Assembly (NCBI GenBank): GCA_023382815.1
Contig: JAHDXB010000078.1
Coordinates: forward strand, 1 to 32,741
Origin: Myxococcales bacterium
Lineage (GTDB): Bacteria > Myxococcota_A > Polyangia > Haliangiales > Haliangiaceae
DNA: 32,741 bases
Direction of reading: 5' to 3'
In this document: positions 20,588-29,221 of the stretch, piece by piece
Numbering within the stretch: the first letter of the stretch is position 1
Layout of the letters: every line of letters starts with the position of its first letter
Notes under the pieces: model-generated
What the model saw: the letters and a program-made list of their open reading frames with translations, nothing else
Database searches by the model: none
What the model was told of the DNA's origin: nothing
Translations under genes and position numbers: made by a program

Positions 20588-20794
20588 TCACGGCGCGGGG
20601 ACGCGTCGCACCTCGAGCTCGCCGGACTCCGGGTGGAAGCGGACCACCCAGCGGGTGTCGTCGGCGGCGCGGAAGGAGGCGGTGTGGTCGCTGTTGGACT
20701 GCGCCTCGGTGATCAGGAACTTCAGGTAGTCACGGTTGTCGGCGGCCAGCGCCTTGAGCGCCGCGACGCCGTCGTCATCTCCGACCACGCGCAT
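20588..20794 (-). CDS. Small hypothetical protein (68 aa; MRVVGDDDGVAALKALAADNRDYLKFLITEAQSNSDH...).
   Basis: Short GC3-biased ORF. The upstream in-frame extension listed in the ORF track (to 21133) has non-coding-like composition and low-GC3 codons, so I start at the ATG at 20794. No recognisable domain. Confidence 0.35.
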   Translation of the reverse strand: MRVVGDDDGVAALKALAADNRDYLKFLITEAQSNSDHTASFRAADDTRWVVRFHPESGELEVRRVPAP

Positions 20795-20922
20795 GAGGGA
20801 GAGATAGCCTGCCGCGGCGAGTTGGACAACGCGGCGCCGCGGCGGTTCCCTCGAAGTGCGCGTTGCCCTGGGAGGCGATGCCATGACAACGTCAGGGCTC
20901 TCGCGGTGTCTCCCGAGGAACC

Positions 20923-22467
20923 ATGCGCACACGCCTCGTCTCGCTCGCCCTCGTCGGCCCGGTCGCGCTGACCCTGGCCGTTCCCCTCGTCGCCTGCGGC
21001 AAGAAGGAGCCGGCCGGCAAGGCCGGGGCCGGCAAGGTCGAGCGCGACGGCGCCGGCAGCGGGTCCGGCAGCGCCTCCGGCAGCGCGGCGCCGGCCGAGC
21101 CGCGGGTGGCGCCGCCGCCGCGGCCGCTGCCACCGCTGGCCGAGTCGCCGCCGGGCGCCACCGGCGCGGTGGCCTGGGTCACGAGCCTCGGCGGCACCCG
21201 GGTCGACATCGTGCGGCGGCTCGCGGTCGGAGGCGACGGCGCGGTGTACGCGGTGGGCGACTTCGAGGAGGCCGCGACCTTCGCCGGCGCCGGCGCGCGC
21301 ACCGCGGCCGGCAAGAGCGACGCCTTCGTCGCCCGGCTCGACGCCAGCGGCGCGGTGAGCTGGGTGACGACGATCGGCGGCAAGCACGAGGAGCGGGGCG
21401 ACGCGGTCGCGGTCGACGACAAGGGCAACGTCGCCGCCACCGGGCTGTTCTCGAGCACGGTCACCGCCGGCGGGTTGAGCGGCAAGGCGACCGGCTCCGA
21501 CGACCTGTTCGTGGTCGGGCTCGACCCCGCCGGCGAGGTGCAGTGGCTGTGGACCGCCGGCGGCCCGGCCTCCGACGCCGCCACCGCCATCGCCGCCGCC
21601 GGCGACGGCGGCTGGATCGTCGCGGTGTCGTTCGGCCAGGAGGTGGCGCTGGGCGCGACCACCGTGACCTCGCGCGGCGGCGACGACGCGGCGCTGGTCA
21701 AGCTCGGGGCCGGCGGCGAGGTCGAGTGGGTGACCCAGCTCGGCGGCGAGTACCCCGACGAGGTGAGCCACGTCGCCGTCGACCCCGCCGGCAACATCTA
21801 CGCCCTCGGCCGCTTCAAGGGCACGATCACGCTCGGCGGCACCACCCACAAGAGCGCCGGCGACGACGACCTGTTCGTGGCCCGCTTCGATCCGGTGGGC
21901 AACCACGTGTGGAGCGTGCGCCTCGGCAACCCGTTCCAGGAGCGGGCGGGCGGGCTCGCCGTCGACCCCGCCGGCCACGTCGTGATCACCGGCTCGTTCG
22001 ACAAGGACCTCGACGTGCTGGGGACGCCGGTGCTGTCGAAGGGCGAGTCCGACGTGTTCGTGGCCCGGCTGTCGCCCGAGGGCAAGCTCCTGTGGGTCAA
22101 GACCTACGGCGGCGAGCGCGCCGACGTCGGGCTCGGCGTCGCCGCCGACGCCGCCGGCAACCTGGTGGTCGTGGGCGGCTTCGAGACCACGATCGACCTC
22201 GGCGGTGGCCCGTTCAAGACCGCCGGCTACATGGACGGCTTCTTCCTCAAGCTCGACGCCGCCGGCACCCACGTGTGGAGCCGGCGCTGGGGGGCCAAGG
22301 ATCAGGACGTCGGGCTGGCGGTGGCCATCGGCCGCGACGGCACGCCCTACGTCTCGGGCGCCTACCGCTTCACGCTCGACCTCGTCCCCGGCGGGCCGAC
22401 CGCGGTCCAGGCCGAGGGCGCGAAGCTGGCCAAGCCCGACGCCTTCGTCGCCCGCCTCGCGCCCTGA
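20923..22467 (+). CDS. Beta-propeller repeat (SBBP-type) lipoprotein.
   Basis: Signal plus lipobox LVACGKK. About 8 repeats of the pattern DAFVARLDASGAVSWVTTIGG / DLFVARFDPVGNHVWSVRLG typical of PF06739. Confidence 0.75.
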   Translation: MRTRLVSLALVGPVALTLAVPLVACGKKEPAGKAGAGKVERDGAGSGSGSASGSAAPAEPRVAPPPRPLPPLAESPPGATGAVAWVTSLGGTRVDIVRRLAVGGDGAVYAVGDFEEAATFAGAGARTAAGKSDAFVARLDASGAVSWVTTIGGKHEERGDAVAVDDKGNVAATGLFSSTVTAGGLSGKATGSDDLFVVGLDPAGEVQWLWTAGGPASDAATAIAAAGDGGWIVAVSFGQEVALGATTVTSRGGDDAALVKLGAGGEVEWVTQLGGEYPDEVSHVAVDPAGNIYALGRFKGTITLGGTTHKSAGDDDLFVARFDPVGNHVWSVRLGNPFQERAGGLAVDPAGHVVITGSFDKDLDVLGTPVLSKGESDVFVARLSPEGKLLWVKTYGGERADVGLGVAADAAGNLVVVGGFETTIDLGGGPFKTAGYMDGFFLKLDAAGTHVWSRRWGAKDQDVGLAVAIGRDGTPYVSGAYRFTLDLVPGGPTAVQAEGAKLAKPDAFVARLAP

Positions 22468-22511
22468 GCGAAGGCGGGGCGAGCCCGCGGCCGGCCGATC
22501 GCCGCGACGCG

Positions 22512-23987
22512 ATGACGCATGCCGGCGCCGGCGGTGGCATCATCCCAGCGGGGATGGAGCCGACCGCTTACCCGGTCAACGACTTCGGTCCGGCGATGCG
22601 CGGCATGGTCATCGGCGCGGTCGGCATCCTCCACGTCTTCCTCGCCCAGTTCGCGATCGGCGGCGGGTTCCTGATGACGTACTTCCAGTGGCTGGCCGGG
22701 CGCGGCGTGCCCGACGCTCGCCGCTTCCTCGACAGCTTCTTCAAGTACCTGGTGCTGGTCAGCTTCGTCACCGGCGCCCTGACCGGCGTGGCGATGTGGT
22801 TGACGACGATCCAGGTCGGGCCGCGCACGATCGGGCTCATGGTCGACGAGTTCCACTGGATCTGGGCGATCGAGTGGTGCTGCTTCGCGGTCGAGATCGT
22901 CGCCGGCTACATGTTCCTGCGCTACGGCGAGCGCCTGCCCGACGGCGTGCGCCTGCGCCTGCTCGCCACCTACGCGCTGGCGTCGTTCGGCAGCCTGTTC
23001 TGGATCAACGGCATCCTGTCGTGGCAGCTCACCCCGGGGGCGTGGCTGGCCTCGGGCGACGTGTGGGCCGGCTTCTTCAACCCCAGCTTCTGGCCGTCGC
23101 TGCTCTACCGGGTCGCGGTGTCGAGCACGCTGGGGGCGCTGGCCGCGATCGCCGTCATCAACACGATGGAGCTGGACCGCGCCGCGCGCCACGCCCTCCT
23201 CGCCCGCGCCGCGCGCCTGCTGGTGCCGATGGCGGCGATGCCGGCGCTGGGGCTGTGGTACGTGGCGGTCATCCCCGCCGACAGCCGGGCGTGGCTGACC
23301 GGGGGCAGCGTGGCGATGTCGATGTTCCTGGCGCTGGCCGCCGGGGCGTCGCTGCTGATCGGCGCCTACGCGCTCGTCGGGATCTGGTGGCGGCGCCTGT
23401 ACGTGAGCGGCGCGACCGCGGCGCTCCTGCTGGCGCTGGCGTTCGGCGCCACCGCCGCCGGCGAGTTCGTGCGCGAGGGCGCGCGCAAGCCGTTCACGAT
23501 CCGGCAGGTCCTGTACTCCAACGCCATCGCGCCGGCCGAGGTCGCGCGGCTGCGCGCCGAGGGCTCGGTGGCGCGCGATCCGTACCCGCTGCGCGACGCC
23601 GCGCGCTACCCGACGGCGCAGCTCGCCCTCGGCGCGCGCGTGGTGCGGCTGCAGTGCGCGGCCTGCCACACGATGAAGGGCGCCAACGGCCTGGTCCACC
23701 TCGGCGGCGCCTGGTCGCTCGAGCAGCTCCGCATCGCGATCGCGCGCCTGCAGGAGACCAAGGGCTTCATGCCGCCGTTCGCCGGCCCGGCGACCGAGGT
23801 CGAGGCGGTGGCCCAGCTCATCCGCTGGGAGGCGGCGGGCGCGCCGGCCGCCTGGCCGGTGTCCGACGACCCGACGGCGCTGGCGCAGATCGCGCGCTGG
23901 CTCGACGAGGCTGGCACCGCGCCGGCGCCGGAGCGGCCGCGGCCGCCGGGCGAGGCCGCGGGTGGTGGGCGCGGGGGTGCGCGATGA
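22512..23987 (+). CDS. Cytochrome bd superfamily subunit-I-like (CydA-like) membrane protein fused to a C-terminal c-type cytochrome domain (CxxCH).
   Basis: Parallels to the CydA N-terminal helices ([13 protein letters not shown] vs [32 protein letters not shown] vs [37 protein letters not shown] vs LSALWILVANGWMQ). Heme c motif [11 protein letters not shown] near the C-terminus. The start could be 22512, 22554 or a later Met. Assignment is from memory of CydA sequence. Confidence 0.5.
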   Translation: [491 protein letters not shown]

Positions 23988-24994
23988 GCCTGTTCGCCGA
24001 CCTCGGCGGCCCGGGGGGCTACGTGCTCCTGCTCGTGCTCACCTTCGCCGCCCACGCGCTGCTCGTCGGCTTCGTGCTGGGCGCGGCGGCGTGGGCGACG
24101 GCGCGGGCGCTCGTCGGCGGCGACGATCCGGTGGCGGCGGCGGCCCGCGACTGGCTGCCGTTCGCGCTCGGCGCGGCGATCACCGCCGGGGTGGCGCCGC
24201 TGCTGCTGATCCAGGTCCTCTACCAGCACCGCGTGTACACGGCGACGCTCCTCATGTCGCACCGCTTCATGGCGATCGTGCCGGCGCTCATCGCCGGCTT
24301 CTACCTGCTGTACCTGGGCAAGAGCGTGCGGGCGCAGGCGTGGTCGCGGGCGCGGCGGGGGCTGGTGAGCGGCGCCGCCCTGCTCGCGTTCCTCTTCGTC
24401 GCGTGGTCGTGGATCGAGGAGCACACCCTGGCCGCCGCCGGCGCCGAGACCTGGGTCGCGCACTACCGCGACGGTCGCGTCGTCCACCGCGACCCGGTGA
24501 TCGCCGTCCGTCTGGCGCTGTGGCTGGGGTTGGCGGCGGTGGCGTTCGCGACCGGCGCGGCGTGGCTGGCCGCGGCGCGGGCGGGACGCGGCGAGCTGCG
24601 CCGCCTGGGCGGGCTCGGGCTGACCGGCCTGGCGGTGGCGGCGGCGGCGGCGGTGGGGACGGTCGGCGGGCGCGCCGGCGAGCTGCCGGCGATGGCCACG
24701 CCGTGGCTGGTGCTGGCGGGGAGCGGCGCGGCGGTGACCGCGGCCGGGATGGTCGCGCTCGCCGGCGGGCGCGGGCGAGCGGGGCGACGGCTGGTCACCG
24801 TCGGCGCGGTCGCGCTGTTCCTCGCGGTGGCGGCGCTGCGCGAGGTCGATCGCGCCCACGCCATCGAGTGGCGGGCGACGCTCGACGGCGCCCAGGGCCT
24901 GCCGCTGTTCGTCGTGTTCTTGCTGCTGGCGACCGGCGCGATCGCGTGGTGCGCGCGGCTGGTGCGGCGGCACCTGGACGAGCGCGCCGGCTGA
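23984..24994 (+). CDS. Polytopic integral membrane protein, translationally coupled (ATGA overlap) to the upstream CydA-like cytochrome. It may be that protein's partner subunit.
   Basis: The ATG at 23984 overlaps the TGA at 23985-23987. About 8 hydrophobic helices (LLLVLTFAAHALLVGFVLGAAAW, LPFALGAAITAGVAPLLLIQVLY, and others). No known motif recognised. Confidence 0.5.
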   Translation: MSLFADLGGPGGYVLLLVLTFAAHALLVGFVLGAAAWATARALVGGDDPVAAAARDWLPFALGAAITAGVAPLLLIQVLYQHRVYTATLLMSHRFMAIVPALIAGFYLLYLGKSVRAQAWSRARRGLVSGAALLAFLFVAWSWIEEHTLAAAGAETWVAHYRDGRVVHRDPVIAVRLALWLGLAAVAFATGAAWLAAARAGRGELRRLGGLGLTGLAVAAAAAVGTVGGRAGELPAMATPWLVLAGSGAAVTAAGMVALAGGRGRAGRRLVTVGAVALFLAVAALREVDRAHAIEWRATLDGAQGLPLFVVFLLLATGAIAWCARLVRRHLDERAG

Positions 24995-25035
24995 CGCGCG
25001 GGCCCGCGCCGGCGCCCACGCGCGGCGGGCGTCAG
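24991..25035. terminator. GC-rich imperfect inverted repeat between convergent genes (ctgacgcgcgggcccgcgcc...gcgcggcgggcgtcag). Possible bidirectional terminator hairpin, with no T-tract.
   Basis: Read directly. The outer arms CTGACGC/GCGTCAG pair and the inner arms pair imperfectly. It lies between the stop of 23984..24994 and the stop of the M23 peptidase gene. Confidence 0.25.
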
Positions 25036-26108
25036 CGACAGTGCTCGACGAACTGGCCGTGCACCGGGGCGACCCGCGCCGGCGGCTGACCGTCGACGCA
25101 GGCGTCGTCGAACCACACCGGCAGGCCGGCGCCGCGGAACAGGGTGGGGCCGTCCTGGAGGTGGAGGTGCAGGTGGGGCTCGCTGGTGTTGCCGCTGTTG
25201 CCGGTGAGGCCGAGCCGCTGGCCGGCGGTGACCCGATCGCCGAGCCGCACCGCGACCGAGCCCTGTTGCAGGTGGGCGAGGAGCGCGTGGGCCCCGTCGC
25301 CGAGATCGAGCACGACGTGGTTGCCGGCCTTGGCGCTCGCGTCCATCTTGCCCGGCGGGTTGTCGGGCAGGCCGTTCTCGACGGCGACGACCGTGCCGGC
25401 GGCCGGCGCCAGCACCGGCTGACCCCAGCAGTGGTACTGCTCGTTGCGGGTGCCGTCGCCGGTGTGGGTGCCGCCGTCCTTCCAGATCACGAGGTCGTAG
25501 GCGTGACGCTGGTCGGGGGCGACCACGTGGTAGTTGACCGTGGCGCTGGGTCCGCCCCAGAACACGAACCACTGGCCGTCGAAGGGTAGGCGCAGGCGCG
25601 CGCGCAGCGGGCGGTCGGCGTGGGGGTCGGGCGGCAGCGGCGGCCGGGGCACGAAGGTCAGGCCCGCGAGCTTGCCGGCGTCGTCGAGCGCCATGCTGGC
25701 GGTGACGGTGCCGCTCGCGGTCACGAGGTCGCCGAGGTAGCCGCGCGCGGCGGGCGTGAGGAAGACCGCCTCGGGCCCGCGGGTGACCGGCCCGGCGGCG
25801 GTGAGCTGGGCGCGGACCTGGGTGAGGAGCTCGATCGAGGCCAGCTCGGCGAGCGCGGGCTGGAACCAGGCGTGGAGCTCGGCCAGGTCGCCGTCGAGGA
25901 GGAGGGTCAGCGCCGCGCGGCCCTCGCGCTCGGTGCGGGCCCGGGCCGCGGCGTAGTCCGCGGGCACCGCCGCCGGGGTGCGCGCGGCGGGTGCGGCCGA
26001 CCCGCTCGCCGGCGCCGCGGTGCCGCCGCCGGCGGTCGGCGCCGCGCCCCCGCGGCAGCCGGCGAGGAGGAGGGCGGGGAGCACGGCGAGCGCGAGGCGG
26101 AGCGACAT
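25032..26108 (-). CDS. M23-family metallopeptidase lipoprotein (LytM/lysostaphin-like).
   Basis: Start MSLRLALAVLPALLLAGC (lipobox). M23 motifs HxxxD-like HCWGQP...NHVVLDLGDG and C-terminal HLHLHLQ (HxH). Confidence 0.75.
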   Translation of the reverse strand: MSLRLALAVLPALLLAGCRGGAAPTAGGGTAAPASGSAAPAARTPAAVPADYAAARARTEREGRAALTLLLDGDLAELHAWFQPALAELASIELLTQVRAQLTAAGPVTRGPEAVFLTPAARGYLGDLVTASGTVTASMALDDAGKLAGLTFVPRPPLPPDPHADRPLRARLRLPFDGQWFVFWGGPSATVNYHVVAPDQRHAYDLVIWKDGGTHTGDGTRNEQYHCWGQPVLAPAAGTVVAVENGLPDNPPGKMDASAKAGNHVVLDLGDGAHALLAHLQQGSVAVRLGDRVTAGQRLGLTGNSGNTSEPHLHLHLQDGPTLFRGAGLPVWFDDACVDGQPPARVAPVHGQFVEHCR

Positions 26109-26213
26109 GCGCCGGTCATAGCACGCAGCGGCGGTCGGCCGGCGCCGGGGGGGCTCGGCGCGCGGCCGCGGCGGAGGCGCTGATAACGTGGAGTGAAGAA
26201 CGGGTCTCCTATG

Positions 26214-26228
26214 ATAGGATGTGTCTAT
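26214..26228. promoter_or_regulatory. Putative OxyR-type operator half-site ATAG-N7-CTAT (ATAGgatgtgtCTAT) overlapping the oxyR leader, with an adjacent CCTAT element.
   Basis: Read directly at 26214-26228, immediately upstream of the oxyR ATG at 26233. The OxyR consensus ATAGnnnnnnnCTAT is established knowledge. Only one clean unit is seen here. Confidence 0.4.
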
Positions 26229-26232
26229 CCTC

Positions 26233-27153
26233 ATGAAGGTCGGCTTCACGCTCCGCCAGCTCGAGTACATGGTCGCGGTCGCCGACCATCGCAGCTTCCG
26301 CCGCGCGGCCGAGGCGTGCATGGTGACCCAGCCGGCGCTGTCGGCGCAGATCGCCCAGCTCGAGGAGACGCTCGGCGTCCAGCTCTTCGAGCGCGACCGT
26401 CGCAAGGTGCTGGTGACCGCGGCCGGCACCGAGATCGTGGCGCGGGCGCGGGCGACGCTGGCCAGCGCGGCTGCCATCGCCGAGGTGGCGCGGACGGCGG
26501 CCCAGCCGCTGTCGGGCACGCTGCGCCTCGGCGTGATCCCCACGATCGCGCCCTACCTCCTGCCGGTGGTGCTGCCGGCGGTACGGGCGGCGTACCCGGA
26601 GCTGCGCCTGATCCTGCGCGAGGAGCAGACCGCCCGTGTCCTCGCCCAGCTCGACGACGGCCGGCTCGACGCCGGGGTGCTGGCGCTGCCGGTGCCGGGC
26701 GATCTGGCGGCGATCCAGCTCTACCGCGAGCACTTCCTCCTGGCGGCGCCGCTGGCCCACGAGCTGGCGCGGCGGGCGCGGGTGCGCGAGGACGACCTGG
26801 CGGGCGAGGACGTGCTCCTGCTGGAGGACGGGCACTGCCTGCGCGATCAGGCGCTGGCGGTGTGCAGCCACGCCGGCTCGCACGAGGTGGCGGAGCTGCG
26901 CGCGACCAGCCTGCCGACGCTGGTGCAGATGGTGGCGAGCGGGCAGGGGGTGACGCTCCTGCCCGAGATGTCGGCCGCGGTCCTGGCCGGCCGGGGCACC
27001 GGCGTGGCCAGCGCGAAGCTGGCGCCGGCGCCGGGCCGCGACGTCGGGCTGGTGTGGCGGATGTCGTCGGCGCGCGGGCGCGAGCTGGGGTTGCTGGCGG
27101 AGGTGATCCGCGCCGAGGCCGCGCGCCACCTCACGGCGCTGCGCAAGCGCTGA
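26233..27153 (+). CDS. oxyR: LysR-family hydrogen-peroxide-sensing transcriptional regulator OxyR.
   Basis: LysR HTH at the N-terminus (LRQLEYMVAVADHRSFRRAAEACMVTQPALSAQIAQLEETLGV). LLLEDGHCLRDQALAVCSHAG reproduces the E. coli OxyR redox pair (C199 in EDGHCLRDQ, second Cys 9 residues later). Here these are Cys202 (codon 26836-26838) and Cys211 (26863-26865). RATSLPTLVQMVASGQGVTLLP matches OxyR RATSLETLRNMVAAGSGITLLP. Confidence 0.9.
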   Translation: MKVGFTLRQLEYMVAVADHRSFRRAAEACMVTQPALSAQIAQLEETLGVQLFERDRRKVLVTAAGTEIVARARATLASAAAIAEVARTAAQPLSGTLRLGVIPTIAPYLLPVVLPAVRAAYPELRLILREEQTARVLAQLDDGRLDAGVLALPVPGDLAAIQLYREHFLLAAPLAHELARRARVREDDLAGEDVLLLEDGHCLRDQALAVCSHAGSHEVAELRATSLPTLVQMVASGQGVTLLPEMSAAVLAGRGTGVASAKLAPAPGRDVGLVWRMSSARGRELGLLAEVIRAEAARHLTALRKR

Positions 27154-27179
27154 CGGGCGGGGCGCGACGCCGGGTCAGT

Positions 27180-28370
27180 TCAGAAGATGCCGGTGACGGC
27201 GAGGCCGCCGCCGTGCGGCACGGCCATGGGCACGACCTGGGTGGTGGCGGCGGGGGCGACGCGGAAGCGCGGGTCGGGGCGCATGTTGCGCGTGAAGCGC
27301 GAGCCGAGGAAGAGGCCGCCCCAGGCGCCGCCGAGGGCGAGGGCGGCCGTGATGCGGCCCTTGGTGTTGGTGTCCTCGCCGGCGTCGTCGTCGGCGAAGA
27401 GCATGATGCCGGTGGCGCCGCCGAGGATGCCGCCGAGGAGGGCGCCCAGCCACACCAGGCGGGCGCGGCCCGCCGACCAGGTCAGGTCGCGCCCCAGGTA
27501 CATGCCGCCGATGGCGCCGGCGTCGAGGCCGCCGGCCATGGCGAGGAGGATCGTGTCCGAGTCGTCGATGTCGGGCTGGATGATGATGAGGCCGAGGCCG
27601 ACGGTGGCGAGGCCCATGGTCGCCATGGTGCCGGAGAACGAGACCTGGCCGCGGGTGGGGTTGCGGCGGTGGCCGTAGTAGAAGCCGGCGCCGGCGGCGA
27701 CCGCCATGCTGCCGAGCACGGTGACGTTCCACTGCTCCGAGGTGTCGGCGCCGAGCGGTCCGGCGAGGAGCAGGCCGTTGCCGGCGCCGATCATCATGCC
27801 GAGGCTGTAGGCCTCGGCGGTGCCGCCGGTGATCGTGCGGCCCTTGGTGCCGTAGAGGCTGAGCGCGAGGCCGGCGGCGGTGGTGGCGACGACGATGCCG
27901 GTGATGGCGCGGGCGTCGCCGGTGTCCGCGAGGTCGGACAGGACGGCGCCGGCGTAGATGGAGGCCAGCGTCGACGTGACGATCACGCCGGCGCGCCCCT
28001 CGTCGTGGTCGTCCTTGTGGTCGTGGTGGCCGGGGGCGGGCGTGGGCGTCGGCGTCGGCTCGGTGGCGGCGCCGAACACGATCCGGGCCTGGCGCGCGGC
28101 GAGCTCGTCGGCGAGGCGGCCGAGCTCGCGCGCTGCCGCCCGCAGCTCCGGGTCGGGCGAGGTCGCCGTCACCTCGGCGAAGCCGGCGCGCGCGGACGCC
28201 AGGTCGCCCGCGATCATCGCCGCGAACGCCCGCTGATAGATCGCCTGCGCGTCCACCGGCGGTGGCGCCGGAACCGGCGCTGGCTCCGGCGGTGGCGCGC
28301 CTCCCGGCTGCGCCATGACCGGCGAGGTGACCACGAGCAGGGCGGCGAGGGCGGCGAGCGGCGAGCGCAT
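27180..28370 (-). CDS. Secreted or membrane Gly-rich protein of unknown function.
   Basis: Sec signal MRSPLAALAALLVVTSPVMAQ. Pro-rich linker. His/Asp-rich patch GHHDHKDDHDEG, possibly metal binding. Several Gly-rich hydrophobic segments. Ends in ...VTGIF. No recognisable family. Confidence 0.45.
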   Translation of the reverse strand: MRSPLAALAALLVVTSPVMAQPGGAPPPEPAPVPAPPPVDAQAIYQRAFAAMIAGDLASARAGFAEVTATSPDPELRAAARELGRLADELAARQARIVFGAATEPTPTPTPAPGHHDHKDDHDEGRAGVIVTSTLASIYAGAVLSDLADTGDARAITGIVVATTAAGLALSLYGTKGRTITGGTAEAYSLGMMIGAGNGLLLAGPLGADTSEQWNVTVLGSMAVAAGAGFYYGHRRNPTRGQVSFSGTMATMGLATVGLGLIIIQPDIDDSDTILLAMAGGLDAGAIGGMYLGRDLTWSAGRARLVWLGALLGGILGGATGIMLFADDDAGEDTNTKGRITAALALGGAWGGLFLGSRFTRNMRPDPRFRVAPAATTQVVPMAVPHGGGLAVTGIF

Positions 28371-28479
28371 CCCGAGATCCTACACCAACCGGTGGGTGGC
28401 ACCGCCCGGGCAGGGGGACGTGGAGGGTGCCACCCACCGCATTTTACCTTTCAGTTCTTGATGTTGTGAGAATTGTTAT

Positions 28480-28503
28480 TGACAGTGTCATATGACAGTG
28501 TCA
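28480..28503. promoter_or_regulatory. Two tandem copies of the perfect 11-bp palindrome TGACAGTGTCA (28480-28490 and 28493-28503), inside a local AT-rich island (28441-28513) in a 74% GC region. Candidate operator/promoter; the first copy supplies a TTGACA -35-like hexamer.
   Basis: Read directly: attgttaTTGACAGTGTCAtaTGACAGTGTCAtggtggatgggtgagc. Located 10 bp upstream of the GTG start of the MerR-like gene. Confidence 0.55.
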
Positions 28504-28513
28504 TGGTGGATGG

Positions 28514-29217
<704 letters not shown>

Positions 29218-29221
<4 letters not shown>

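Noticed and set aside
16899-20729. 1276-aa plus-strand ORF spanning the MscS and HEAT-cyclophilin genes.
   Set aside because: Gly/Arg/Ala/Asp low-complexity translation. The opposite strand encodes proteins with clear MscS and cyclophilin motifs.
20795-21133. Upstream in-frame extension of the small minus-strand ORF (ORF-track start 21133, or the Met at 20883).
   Set aside because: The extension has poly-Ala/Arg composition and, nearer the Met at 20883, low-GC3 codons (gca, cct, agg, act, gtt, caa, tat) unlike host coding sequence. It would also run into the promoter region and coding sequence of the divergent SBBP lipoprotein gene. The start was taken at 20794.
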